The translations under genes and the position numbers were made by a program. Positions 49,801-59,044 of a stretch of DNA of 64,000 nt are shown here, piece after piece. Numbering within the stretch: position 1 is the stretch's first letter; each line of letters begins with the position of its first letter. Source of the stretch: Trichormus sp. ATA11-4-KO1 (GTDB taxonomy: Bacteria; Cyanobacteriota; Cyanobacteriia; Cyanobacteriales; Nostocaceae); the NCBI GenBank assembly GCA_019358915.1, contig JAHHIM010000055.1:64001-128000 (forward strand), in the 5' to 3' direction. Below the pieces are notes generated by a model, which worked only from the letters and a program-made list of their open reading frames with translations, searched no databases and had not been told where the DNA came from.

Positions 49801-50163
49801 GAGTTTCCATCGCTCACCTTTAGGGCACCAGTATTGCCATTTCCCTTTAATGGTATTGAAGTTAGTGGGTAGTTCTGGGAACTCCCAAGACATAATAGAA
49901 CCTAACGCGTCAAGAGTACTCTTAGTATGTTCTGCGATCGCTTGCTCCAGTTCTTGTTCCAGCGTACCAAAGTTATCAGGGATAGGTAGTTCTGCAACTT
50001 CGTTATTGTCATTGGCTTGATGAAGCCCGAACGGCTTTAGTTTATTTTCTATTTTCTGTTTATCTAGAATACTTAAGGGATTTGAAGGGTAACCCAATAC
50101 CCTTACTTGAAGATCATCGGAAAGCTTTTTAATGTGCATTGGTAATCCTGGTTTATACAACAT
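46885..50163 (-). CDS. Family A DNA polymerase, mitochondrial Pol gamma-like, with intein
   Basis: DTET, NTQYDRA exo motifs; GTITGR, LGTELKSMVAPPKGYVLVGADIDSEE (motif A), SRVNWTIQSSGVD, TIHDEIR (motif C), FSAVDVD..LRK parallel Pol gamma. Confidence 0.92.
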   Translation of the reverse strand: MLYKPGLPMHIKKLSDDLQVRVLGYPSNPLSILDKQKIENKLKPFGLHQANDNNEVAELPIPDNFGTLEQELEQAIAEHTKSTLDALGSIMSWEFPELPTNFNTIKGKWQYWCPKGERWKLLEKPISGKVFFQDTETVQVGDRWLPTCAVAMSARGWLLWVTDFDQMPSIIPYGFNNLMVNYNTQYDRAYLSSEYQMEDTGNRFFDLMSAWIICRGLSNQQRPLYLDEDTNLDWMGETATNSLSAVYEFFFNKPLDKGVRDNIVNDGLPWVRDNMLEVIRYCCEDVLHTAQLFKRLYPEYLNHRPSLVAQSGSILLGSCWLPLDADRFPKYYETAENMYQELAVKTNKDLMILAEEYLSQCDPDNLPKPALALDWNPAKSGKNKGLPAWYRKVLSDYAKGDLTLSKRFVPIVMGITWRGEPLLWDDENKTWYTEVHGWLPHPEVRGKNVTSVFAKGFVAAFEQGVLSAANDSVKQMLAEKVSTINWVSLRKRVAAIHTESPEGFPVTLPSLLVNGTITGRCADNLWQVAANPKKSRLGTELKSMVAPPKGYVLVGADIDSEEAWLAGIMGDSVLGINASTPMGFICVAGAKAETLEASTDIHSLMAKETGISRDNTKTRVYGCVPMDTQALTREGWRVYSELSHGTEILAYNAETGVNEWSPITHMTYHEDAEVYKLEMSHGWSVVCTGDHRWYGSKRVRKLGVKEGYTIFQIFTTDNIKQENNITVSAPYNGGSGYGLKSFGVKYGTDYIPEILKMSYRELQSFVLGVLLSDGHQDRATGTWCITQKMGHHAEAFKLAAYLIGYRVSVGTRYGNKVQKMNLTKPHITAQRLVKTRIENTSVWCPTTALGTWVMRQGDTITITGNCIYGQGLTGDTNALLKNIPTMTLAEAQANSKVFINKFKGQTVREEGALGSFKRYTGGLASDSFNVMESIADSKVPKTPLLKNVMSRSLAGFKDFKPSRVNWTIQSSGVDFRDMLILLTRHFYKKLGVDGKLLITIHDEIRTMVGDDPNNIRNAIWALQLAHLYVRAAFIDALSLDCIPAGVAWFSAVDVDPFCLRKDPKDPQITPSQPQGLPIGYTVTPSQLLSMLV
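47569..48297 (-). mobile_element. Intein (243 aa) in polymerase motif B
   Basis: YG|CVPMDTQALTREGW ... TGDHRW (block B) ... VWCPTTALGTWV ... TITGN|CIYG; LAGLIDADG-like FVLGVLLSDG. Confidence 0.9.
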
Positions 50164-50210
50164 GTAAACCCTATAAGGGGGTTGCTGTCAACCACCCTTT
50201 AAGAAAACCT

Positions 50211-50969
50211 CTAGAACAGTCCTTCTAGCTTTCTAAATAACCTCTTGGTATACTCGGCTAACCTTAGCTCATTTATAAATCTACCCCCCTTTGCTATAAC
50301 CCATACCACTAAAGGCTTCATCAAGCAACTAACCGCACTCCAAAGTATAACTAACGAAGTGATTAAAAGCACTAGCACGGTACTATGAGATTTCCAAGGA
50401 GTTTCAGGGGTACCACTATCATCATATGAGGTTACCTTAGCAGCTTCCGAGATATCTTGAGCTACTTCGGGGGTGACAGGGTAGGAGCTAGCAGAGTTAA
50501 GCGCACAGATGAGAGCGTTAGCTCGGTCGTCTTGGGCCTTTCTAGACTTAATAAAGTCGTCTTTAGCCTCCTGCCAAACATCTTGTATATTGGCACCTTC
50601 CGGTACTTCTAGTGTGCGTTCATACCAACTAGTGAGTCTGCCGTCTTCATTGGCTACATAGCTATACACGGCAAGCCCTTCTAGTTCTAGCCTTTGGTAT
50701 ATTGTACACACATTATAGCAGCTATCTAAATACCTAAACGTAGGTGTTACTAAGTTTTCAGGCGACAAAGGGGACTCAGCGACAGCACAGGTGTCACCAG
50801 TACACTCCTGACCACTGAACTCACAGTCAGGGGGTGTTATAGTTTCTTCATGTCTTTTGGTTGATATTAGCTTTAATAAGCTAACACGGTCACTATTACG
50901 TCGTAAATCAAACCCTTTAATATCTATACCTAGTTGTAATGCAGATGCTTTTATTTGAGACGCGTACAT
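50211..50969 (-). CDS. Phage hypothetical protein with C-terminal TM segment (early)
   Basis: AAGGAG RBS, own promoter at 51025. Confidence 0.65.
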   Translation of the reverse strand: MYASQIKASALQLGIDIKGFDLRRNSDRVSLLKLISTKRHEETITPPDCEFSGQECTGDTCAVAESPLSPENLVTPTFRYLDSCYNVCTIYQRLELEGLAVYSYVANEDGRLTSWYERTLEVPEGANIQDVWQEAKDDFIKSRKAQDDRANALICALNSASSYPVTPEVAQDISEAAKVTSYDDSGTPETPWKSHSTVLVLLITSLVILWSAVSCLMKPLVVWVIAKGGRFINELRLAEYTKRLFRKLEGLF

Positions 50970-51033
50970 TATGAGGCTCCTTTGCTTATGTATCTACTAT
51001 ACTTTAGGTTAACACTAACTGTCAACCCAAGTC

Positions 51034-51591
51034 TTATATATTCCAAAGCCTATGGGGTATAACATTCCAATGCAAGTAACCACATATAGTATTACAGTAA
51101 CGGTATCTACCCCCCAAGTAGCTTTTACACGCATCGCTCAACTGTCTAACCCTTAGAAAACCCTTACTATTTACATAGTTCTCAATAGACTTTTTGGTGT
51201 ACAAGCGCAACTCATGCTCTTGGTAGAATAGATAGTTGGTTGCTTTACCTGTTGCATACCAGCCGGGTTCCCATGAACCTGTATCGATTAAAGTATCTAC
51301 ATCTAATAATGAAATACTTAACTTCCCTAAGATGTACTCAGTGTCTCGGCAGGCTACTCTGGAGGTTAGCTGATTAGCCAACTCAAGCCCTATGTTTTTG
51401 AACTTGGCTCCCTTATGTGAGGATTTGATACTTACAGGCTTCCCATTTACCCAGCAATCAATGTCTTCCTTCTTGTTTTCCTGGCTACTTGCTGGCTTGA
51501 CGTTATACCCCTGCCCCCTGAGGAAATCCATTACTTTTCTCTCGTCTGATAAACCCTTCTCATAGCACAAATCTAGCTCTGTGGTATACAT
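51034..51591 (-). CDS. PD-(D/E)XK-like nuclease
   Basis: G..DE, DID.W, ISIK..., N..LE pattern. Confidence 0.5.
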   Translation of the reverse strand: MYTTELDLCYEKGLSDERKVMDFLRGQGYNVKPASSQENKKEDIDCWVNGKPVSIKSSHKGAKFKNIGLELANQLTSRVACRDTEYILGKLSISLLDVDTLIDTGSWEPGWYATGKATNYLFYQEHELRLYTKKSIENYVNSKGFLRVRQLSDACKSYLGGRYRYCNTICGYLHWNVIPHRLWNI

Positions 51592-51642
51592 TAGCTTACC
51601 TCTTATAATAAGGGGGCTAGTAACCCCCGTTAACCAGCACTG

Positions 51643-53454
51643 TCAACCCAAGTCTGTAAATAGCTTATGGACTTCTGCAATAGCTACTTGGACACCCTTA
51701 GGGGGGTCTATAGTGCTAATGACTTCCTCATACTTCTTCACCCATTTAGGTATTAGGCGTTTCACGGCTTGCCATTCTGGCATATAATGGCTTGACCTTA
51801 AGGGATAGCCAAAGCCTTTGTTAGACTTCATTTCCTTCATGAGAACTCCGAAAGAGTCTTCGGAAGTCTTCACAGTGCCTAATCTATCGAAGTCGGCTAA
51901 CTTCTTACTTATGTACTCTTTAGCGTCCCAAGAAGCGTTAGGGAGGTCTAATGCAGCGTATTCACTAGGTAGTCGTGTGGATTGTTTGATAACTGAGAAC
52001 ATCCTCATAACTGCCAAGACTAACCCCGGTGAAAAATCTAGATACTGTAGCAACTCCTCATAAGCTCTCCGTCTAGAGTTAGACGAGTCTGCTATAGATA
52101 GTGCTACTAAGTGCCCGACCGCGCTAACCAACTCCTCAGCATGTTTTAAGCTGGTGTCTATCCTAAAGTCTTTACGATTAGCCTTAGTCACCTCTTCTAA
52201 TCGATCTTCATCATCCTTAAACAGTCTGCCATCGTCCCATACGTACCCGCAGACCTCCAGAAAATAGTCTGCGCTTCTGCGTAATAGATAAGCCGCTAGA
52301 CACTCAGTAGAACACTTAAACTTCTTGGCTAAAGTTTCCCAGTGTGGCTTTACTCGTGGGTCAGGGATTTCTGGGTATCTTTCCTCCATCTCAGCCCTTG
52401 TGTATGTGTCTAACTGGTTTACCCGGCTGATGCTACCTGAATCCATCCCAATGTAGTGGGCGTAACTGTGCATATTAGTACAACCCAGAATCGTTGTGGT
52501 AGCTCTAACGTCACAGGCTGGTTGCCCTTTTTCCTCTACTTTTAATGTATTATTTGATACAATGGACTTGATACGCACATCAGATAAAAGTCTTTTCTGT
52601 ACATCGTCGGTCAAGTCATCGATGAAAGCTAAGTCGCTTTGGGCTATGGTACCCCAACCAAACTTAGTTTCATTTATATGTGCGTTAGACACGCTGTAAC
52701 CTAAGTTACTTAGGGCTTTATTTATGTAGTTAGATTGAGTACTCTTACCTAACCCCGCTTGTTGTCCTACAATAATGGCATAAGACCGGGCTGTATGCTC
52801 TATGTCACCTTCCGCACATCTGGTCTCAGTTGCTCCTACAACTGTTCGTCCCAGGATTAGCATTAGTTGTCTAGCCTCAGCATCTGGAAATAATGTTAGT
52901 AGTCCCCTAGCATTAAACTCTTGTAGAGCCTCAGGGAACCAAGAAACTAAAGGGACTACCTTAAAGTGCCCATTACTACCGTTGAGCGTAACTGTCCTAC
53001 CTAAACCTAGCCGTGCCTGATTACCATAACTAGTCTGGGCTATTTTAGCCACCGCAGACTTAGGGTCTACTGAGTTATCTAGGAAACATAGGGCTATGTT
53101 TTTATATACTTGTATGTGGTCTGATGCACAAGACCCCATTAAATCCTCACAAATCTCTTTAATCGCGGCATAGAACCCCGTAGCCTCATTAGGCTTAATG
53201 GTTCGCCAGTACCAAAAGGTATCGGGGGCTTTGATACCAGGAATCGGTATCTTATTTTCCCGCTTATACACAGTGTGCCCGCAAAACGCCCCCCCGATCT
53301 CTGGTCGTAGTAAGTACCCATAGGTTAGTTCTAGTTCTATTTTTACTTTATTCAACGTTTCGCTAACGCTAACTAACCCTGAGTTAGTACCCTCAGTGCA
53401 CTTATCCGACTCACCCGTGGCTGGCTTGTCGGCTTGTTGCCCTTTTTTACCCAT
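51643..53454 (-). CDS. SF3/D5-like replicative helicase
   Basis: IIVGQQAGLGKS (Walker A), AFIDD (Walker B), KSIVS...VEEK, ILGCTN (motif C). Confidence 0.75.
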   Translation of the reverse strand: MGKKGQQADKPATGESDKCTEGTNSGLVSVSETLNKVKIELELTYGYLLRPEIGGAFCGHTVYKRENKIPIPGIKAPDTFWYWRTIKPNEATGFYAAIKEICEDLMGSCASDHIQVYKNIALCFLDNSVDPKSAVAKIAQTSYGNQARLGLGRTVTLNGSNGHFKVVPLVSWFPEALQEFNARGLLTLFPDAEARQLMLILGRTVVGATETRCAEGDIEHTARSYAIIVGQQAGLGKSTQSNYINKALSNLGYSVSNAHINETKFGWGTIAQSDLAFIDDLTDDVQKRLLSDVRIKSIVSNNTLKVEEKGQPACDVRATTTILGCTNMHSYAHYIGMDSGSISRVNQLDTYTRAEMEERYPEIPDPRVKPHWETLAKKFKCSTECLAAYLLRRSADYFLEVCGYVWDDGRLFKDDEDRLEEVTKANRKDFRIDTSLKHAEELVSAVGHLVALSIADSSNSRRRAYEELLQYLDFSPGLVLAVMRMFSVIKQSTRLPSEYAALDLPNASWDAKEYISKKLADFDRLGTVKTSEDSFGVLMKEMKSNKGFGYPLRSSHYMPEWQAVKRLIPKWVKKYEEVISTIDPPKGVQVAIAEVHKLFTDLG

Positions 53455-53619
53455 ATAAACTCCTGTTAGCGGGGTGAGTGGTTAGGGAGGACTTGCACCT
53501 CCTAAATATCTATTATTCTAACCAGGGTTAACAGTTTTAGTTAACCTTATAGGTAGGAGCCTCCTATATACCACCTAATGGGCTTAGGCTCCGTTTACCG
53601 TGGATACGACCTATAAACT

Positions 53620-54495
53620 TTAATAAGATACGTCCTCATACTCGGCACGGTCAAAGTCTACGTTATCATTAACGTTATCCTCCAAGCCGGCTCCAAAGTC
53701 GAACACAGGTAGCTCTAAATCTGCCTGTGTAGTCAATATCACAGGAAATATAGGGTAACCCGTTGTAGTTCTACCTGATTCATAACCCACTTCAAGTGTG
53801 GCTGGTTTGTCAGGAGTAATCTCAGGGGTATGTGATAACTTTTTAACGAGTGCGGTGTTAGCTAATACTTTACCTTCAGAGGTTATTAGCTCAAACTTAC
53901 CCCATAGGTTTAACTCGTACCCTGTTACGGTTAGTGTCTTACCTGCGAACTCCGCTAACTTCTTAGCCCGCTCAAAAGCCTGAGAGAGATATAAGTGTAA
54001 CTTACCTGCCCGTAAAGCCTTGCGTAATATGTTTTTCTTGTCTTCCTCCGGTGCGCTAAATAGCTCTTTATGATACCTTGTAGCGTTGTCTGAGTCCCCT
54101 TTGGCTAACATTAAGGTTATGTTTAGCGTGTCTTCTAGTTCAAAAATGAAAGCCTCAATACAGGGTCTCTTAGCCCCCCCTAAGACCATTTCTACCAACT
54201 CCTTGTTAGCAGCTTTAAGTGGTTGTTGTACTTTTCCCCACACTAGTACAGCTTCAGTTCCATTAGAACCGATGTAAGGAGTGTAGATGACGTTCTCACC
54301 ATTCTTAACCACTACTCTTAGTGTGTGTCCGGTTTCATTCCAGTCAATACCGAAAGCTTTAGCTATAGTTACCCAGATAGCTTTTTGCTCTTCGTTAAAA
54401 CACTGATGGTCATTAGGGATATTGTTAGACTCTTGGGGTAATCGGGCACGACTTAAAATAGACTCGGTACGCTCTGTGTAAAATGATAATGTCAT
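53620..54495 (-). CDS. Replication-cluster protein, possible SSB
   Basis: Between exonuclease and helicase; acidic C-terminal tail (EDNVNDNVDFDRAEYEDVSY). Confidence 0.45.
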   Translation of the reverse strand: MTLSFYTERTESILSRARLPQESNNIPNDHQCFNEEQKAIWVTIAKAFGIDWNETGHTLRVVVKNGENVIYTPYIGSNGTEAVLVWGKVQQPLKAANKELVEMVLGGAKRPCIEAFIFELEDTLNITLMLAKGDSDNATRYHKELFSAPEEDKKNILRKALRAGKLHLYLSQAFERAKKLAEFAGKTLTVTGYELNLWGKFELITSEGKVLANTALVKKLSHTPEITPDKPATLEVGYESGRTTTGYPIFPVILTTQADLELPVFDFGAGLEDNVNDNVDFDRAEYEDVSY

Positions 54496-54561
54496 CGGGC
54501 GGCTCCTTAACTTGCTCTGTTTGTTTCTTTATCATAACCTGGTTGACCCTAACTGTCAACC

Positions 54562-55554
54562 CTAAACTGCAAAATCTTTTTGGATGTTTAGAGCGCGTAC
54601 ACAAGGGGCAACCCCGCAAGCTTGGATATACTGCATTGCAGCGCTACCATCATATCTTCGATTACGTGGGTGCTCTAGGACATCTCTAATATCATCAGCC
54701 ATTGGCGTATTCCATAGTTTGTGCTCGTCTGGTGGGTTTAATAAGTCTATAACTGGTAATAAAACCCCATCGGACGCGGGTAGGTTGTCCGACTTATCCC
54801 CCTTTACTCCTTTAATATCCCATATATCTGTATATGCATCTAACGTACTACCTAGCCGACGTAGTGCCCACTGATCACAGCTAAACCTATCCGACCTCAT
54901 CCTAGGAGTCCAACCGTGCATACAAAACCAGGCAGTATCATCATTTACTAGCCCCATCCAGTCCGAATCTATGGTAAGTAAAACCAGGCGGTTAGGGTTA
55001 TCTAACCCCTGGTTAACCTTAACGACGCAAGCGGCTACATCATCAGCCTCATATCCTACTTTACCTATCTGTGTGTAACCCTGATCTGTAAGGTACTTAA
55101 ATAGTAGCCTTTTAACTTTAGTAAACTCGTAAGTAGGAAACTTTCGCCCGGCTTTGTAATGTATAGCTAAATCTTCGGTTAGCTTAAGTACTTCTTCTGA
55201 ATCCCTATCATCTTTAGCTAACAGCTCTAGTAGACGCACTCTCTTATATTCTTCTGCTTTCTTCTTCCTAGGTACCTTTGATACTACATCACTGGATAGT
55301 AAATACTCGGTACGCCAATAAGGTTTACTATCAGTAACAAAAATAAACTGCAACTTATTAGGCTTTAGATCATCTAACCAATCACCAGACACTAACCATT
55401 GTAGCTGTGCCTTAATCAATGCCGTCCAATGAGGATTTTTGTGATTCAGTATAACGTGCTTCTCTTCCAGGCTGTGTAGGAATACAGAAGTGTCTACAAT
55501 CACAGTCATCTGTGCATCCGTAGGGACACGGGGTTTTACTAGACTGTTGACCAT
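54562..55554 (-). CDS. 5'-3' exonuclease/flap endonuclease (T4 RNase H-like)
   Basis: IVD, DSKPYWR, YKAGR, GYEADD, DSD, GDKSDN motifs. Confidence 0.88.
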   Translation of the reverse strand: MVNSLVKPRVPTDAQMTVIVDTSVFLHSLEEKHVILNHKNPHWTALIKAQLQWLVSGDWLDDLKPNKLQFIFVTDSKPYWRTEYLLSSDVVSKVPRKKKAEEYKRVRLLELLAKDDRDSEEVLKLTEDLAIHYKAGRKFPTYEFTKVKRLLFKYLTDQGYTQIGKVGYEADDVAACVVKVNQGLDNPNRLVLLTIDSDWMGLVNDDTAWFCMHGWTPRMRSDRFSCDQWALRRLGSTLDAYTDIWDIKGVKGDKSDNLPASDGVLLPVIDLLNPPDEHKLWNTPMADDIRDVLEHPRNRRYDGSAAMQYIQACGVAPCVRALNIQKDFAV

Positions 55555-55695
55555 AATCAGGGTATAATATCTCGAATATATCCACGATCATAGCATCTAT
55601 TATATCTCTTGTCAAGGGACTTACTGGGTTTATAGGTCTCATAATGTTATCCAAAGCACTTTTACTTATTATACCTATAAATACCCAGCAGTCAA

Positions 55696-56127
55696 CTAAT
55701 GAGGATGTCTAGAGTGATTTACCGATAATAAACATTCCTCAATCAGTGGGAAGTCGGAGTCATCATAAGCATAACTTTTATTATTCCACTTACCCTCAGC
55801 ATTCATACGAGACACCCTGCGTGGATTGATACCATAAGTTTCTCGGTATTTGTCAGCCACGATAGTAGCTAACTTATGATACTCCGACTCATCCAATATA
55901 ATCTTATTATCATCCAAATACTGTCCTAGTGTCTTTAGGTCTTTAGCCGGAATGTCTTCCGATAGCTTTTTAACCGACTCAGCTTTGGTTACTACAAATC
56001 TGTCGGGATAGGTTAAGCTTTGCTCCCATTGCTTAAGTATCTGGGCTTTGGTTAAGGTAGTTAAATATACCACGTTAACCTGCTCCTCAGGATGGTGTTT
56101 AGGGGGTAGAACATTCAAGACTAACAC
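55696..56127 (-). CDS. Phage hypothetical protein, antirepressor C-terminal-like segment
   Basis: A..YRE.YG..P......SYAY...D..LIE pattern. Confidence 0.45.
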   Translation of the reverse strand: MLVLNVLPPKHHPEEQVNVVYLTTLTKAQILKQWEQSLTYPDRFVVTKAESVKKLSEDIPAKDLKTLGQYLDDNKIILDESEYHKLATIVADKYRETYGINPRRVSRMNAEGKWNNKSYAYDDSDFPLIEECLLSVNHSRHPH

Positions 56128-56247
56128 GATTTATAGCGCTCATTGGTTTACTATGATTTAACGTTAGCATAGCGAACTTACTAGGTCAACATGATTGGTT
56201 GACCCGGCTTGACTTGACTTAGTTAAGGTAATACTATTGATTACCTT

Positions 56248-57735
56248 ATGCCGATTTCCTACAACACCCCTGGGGTATATGTAAACGAAGCCACTTACGG
56301 CTCAATCCCGGCTATCCTGAATAGCCATGATGCTGTATATGTGTTAGGCTCTAGCACAAAGTCGGGGGCACCTGTAGCAACCCCAACATACATTAGTAAC
56401 TTAGATGATTTTACTAACGTTTTTGGTGCATCCCCTAGCGCTGCGGCTATCCAACTATTTTTTGACCAGCGTAGTGGTTATGGACTATATTTTGTAAATG
56501 TGCTGATGAGGGTAGAACGATCCTTAACGGTCAACACATTCACCCCTGGTACTATTCTAACACTAACTATCGATGGTTACGCTATAAGTTACACTACGGT
56601 AACTGGTGACACTGACATTACCGCTAGAGATGCCTTAGGTAACCTGGTTAACACTCAGCTACCTTTAACCGCTAGTTACTACCCTGATGGTACATTAAGG
56701 TACGCTGACGGGGTAACAGTTACCGCGTCTGTAGAGCTAACTCTAGGGGTCGCTAGCACTTTGACTAGCCCTAAGGTTAAAGATGTCTCGGATACTATTA
56801 AGGTAGCCTTTGAGCCAGAAATGCGTCAAGGTTACTTATGTGCCCCTGAGTTCTTCCAAGCTTTCACCGACCAATCCGACCGGACAGCTCTAGCACTAGC
56901 TATGGAATCCCTAGCGGCTGACCCTGATTACTACTGGGTGGCAGTTATTGACTGTGGGTTGACTCAGGCAACACAGATTACCGGTGGCGGTGCTATCAAT
57001 GCCGTGATAGCTGAACGTAATACTTTAGCTAGTCCTAGGGGTAACAGTTGGTTCTATTTCCCTTATCTGGTAAACCTAACTGGTACTTTAGTGCCTCCGA
57101 GTCTAGCAGCCATCGGAGTAGCCTTACGACGTACACGCGCCGAGGGTTTCTCTAGACCTCCGGCGGGTGTTGGTTATCCTATTTATGGTGTGTCAGATAT
57201 TTCCTTTAAAGTTACCAAGCTTCTACAAGGTCAACTAAACCCATTAGGTATCAACTGTATCCGGAGGCTACCCGCCGGACGGGGGATAGTGGTCTACGGA
57301 GCTAGGACTTTAAGTACCTCATCTTTTTACCGATTTGGTAACACCAGAGTTATCCTAAATGTGCTAGCTGGTAGTCTTAAAGTAGCTTTCGATGCCCTTA
57401 TTTTTTCATTAGCCGACGGTCAAGGTATCTTATTTTCCCGCGTAAAACAAACTGCCTCAGCATTTTGTGAAATACTAAGGTTACCCGGTGCCCTATTCGG
57501 TTCTAGTCCTTCTGAAGCTTACTTAGTTGTCTGCGACCTGACCAATAACACACTTGACGGGTTAGAAGCTGGACAGGTAAATGTAGATGTAGTCGTAAAA
57601 CCTAGCCCCACTGTGGAAGCTCTTGTGGTTACACTGTCTAGGGCTTCATTAGGAACTGTATTAGCTGAGGTTTCCAGCTCTGGCTCCACGGCTCCAATCT
57701 CTAGACCCTCTACATCTCAAACTCCGTTAGCCTAA
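56248..57735 (+). CDS. Tail sheath protein
   Basis: TPGVYVNE, YFPYL, VPPS, PPAG, LNPLGINCIR, GIVVYGARTL, AYLVVCD..NNT motifs. Confidence 0.95.
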   Translation: MPISYNTPGVYVNEATYGSIPAILNSHDAVYVLGSSTKSGAPVATPTYISNLDDFTNVFGASPSAAAIQLFFDQRSGYGLYFVNVLMRVERSLTVNTFTPGTILTLTIDGYAISYTTVTGDTDITARDALGNLVNTQLPLTASYYPDGTLRYADGVTVTASVELTLGVASTLTSPKVKDVSDTIKVAFEPEMRQGYLCAPEFFQAFTDQSDRTALALAMESLAADPDYYWVAVIDCGLTQATQITGGGAINAVIAERNTLASPRGNSWFYFPYLVNLTGTLVPPSLAAIGVALRRTRAEGFSRPPAGVGYPIYGVSDISFKVTKLLQGQLNPLGINCIRRLPAGRGIVVYGARTLSTSSFYRFGNTRVILNVLAGSLKVAFDALIFSLADGQGILFSRVKQTASAFCEILRLPGALFGSSPSEAYLVVCDLTNNTLDGLEAGQVNVDVVVKPSPTVEALVVTLSRASLGTVLAEVSSSGSTAPISRPSTSQTPLA

Positions 57736-57871
57736 GTCTCTTGGTGCTTGTTGGGTAGTTTCGGGCTACTCCCAGGCACTAAGCTACCTAAGGCAACTCA
57801 GAGCGTTATCAGTTTACTCCTTCATGTTCGGGCTATCCAGAGTATTCCTCTAACAATATAATCATAACAAA

Positions 57872-57911
57872 TAACCCCAGGAATGTCAAGGCATCCTGGG
57901 GTTTTTTTTTT
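57872..57911. terminator. Hairpin with poly-T between convergent genes
   Basis: AACCCCAGGA-N11-TCCTGGGGTT followed by a long T run. Confidence 0.65.
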
Positions 57912-57927
57912 GGTTATTTATTCAATC

Positions 57928-58530
57928 TTACATGTCATAAATAGCTTGGTTAACCCTCTGGACGCTTAAGGGTAACAATGACTCACGACGTGCCCTGGCT
58001 TCGCCCCAGATACGCTCTACCTCATCCATGTACTCTTTTACGCCCTGGGGATCTAACGAGTCAACTAAGGCATTCTTGCGGTCGATTACGGGTTGTAGTT
58101 CTTCACAGGTTAACTCGGAGAACTCGATCTCACGCGCTAGGTCTAAAGCCTGCCTTAGGTTAGCTCTGGTGCCCTCATGTTGCGCTGCGGTAACTTGAGT
58201 ACCATTAGTTTCCTTAATGGTACGCTCTAAGTCGGCTCTAAAGGTAGCTGAGTAAAGGTTAGTTACCCGCTTATCCCCTAGGCTAACCCGATAGTCTAGG
58301 AAGTCACCAATGACGGATACAGGGTAAGCAGTAGCAGGTACTTGACGTTTACCAACCCTAACAGAGTGCCCCGCAGTTCTGCAGTGGTTATTATACCAGT
58401 TTTTGGCACTCTGACGTGAGATACCTAACCCATTGGCAAAGCCCGTTAGGGTTGTATAAGCCTCACCGTCAATAATGAAACCGTCTACGGGAATACCAGC
58501 GAACTCGAAAGATGAATGTAAATAAGCCAT
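57928..58530 (-). CDS. Antirepressor-like DNA-binding protein, probable distant paralog of 27913-28647
   Basis: MAY start, FAGIPVDGFIIDGEAY.T..G.A..LG HTH-like segment; own promoter at 58588. Confidence 0.55.
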   Translation of the reverse strand: MAYLHSSFEFAGIPVDGFIIDGEAYTTLTGFANGLGISRQSAKNWYNNHCRTAGHSVRVGKRQVPATAYPVSVIGDFLDYRVSLGDKRVTNLYSATFRADLERTIKETNGTQVTAAQHEGTRANLRQALDLAREIEFSELTCEELQPVIDRKNALVDSLDPQGVKEYMDEVERIWGEARARRESLLPLSVQRVNQAIYDM

Positions 58531-58574
58531 TGTTAGAACCTTTTCTTTTGACTCCTTTAGTCTAACTTAGGTTT

Positions 58575-59044
58575 ACCATAAGTGTCAACCCTATGTTGGT
58601 TTTTAACGTATTATGGTCATTCCAAAGTGGTTAAATGTTAAGCGTAAATAAGCCTTTAACCTTTGACTGGTAAGCATCCCAAAGTGGTTAAATGTTAAGC
58701 GTATAACTTAAGTTAACCTAACCTGTCAACCCTATGTTATTTCTTTGACGTATTTTAGGCATTCCAACGTTACTCACTTGAACGTGTAAAACCTAGGTTA
58801 ACCCTTGAGTAGTGGGCATTCCAACGTTACTCACTTGAACGTGTAAACCATATCACTCGTCGGCTGGCTGACGCTTAGGTTAAGCTAGTCAATAGTTTTG
58901 ACCATAAGTGTCAACCCTATGTTGGTTTTTAACGTATTATGGTCATTCCAAAGTGGCGCTGGGTATGCTTAAGGTTGACCCAAATAACGTCTCAAAACTC
59001 TTGAGAGTCCCTTCTGGCAACGTTTTCAGGTTGACCCAAATAAC
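58575..59044. repeat. Cluster of direct repeats in the main non-coding region (iteron-like)
   Basis: 56 bp x2 (58575, 58901); 25 bp x2 (58622, 58679); 33 bp x2 (58758, 58815); 16 bp x2 (58973, 59029). Confidence 0.85.

Noticed and set aside
21437..57735. Extracellular contractile injection system or tailocin
   Set aside because: Terminase, portal, capsid and replication genes show a complete phage
58575..59044. Mini CRISPR array
   Set aside because: Each repeat occurs only twice, the pairs differ from one another, and no cas genes or typical CRISPR repeat ends are visible
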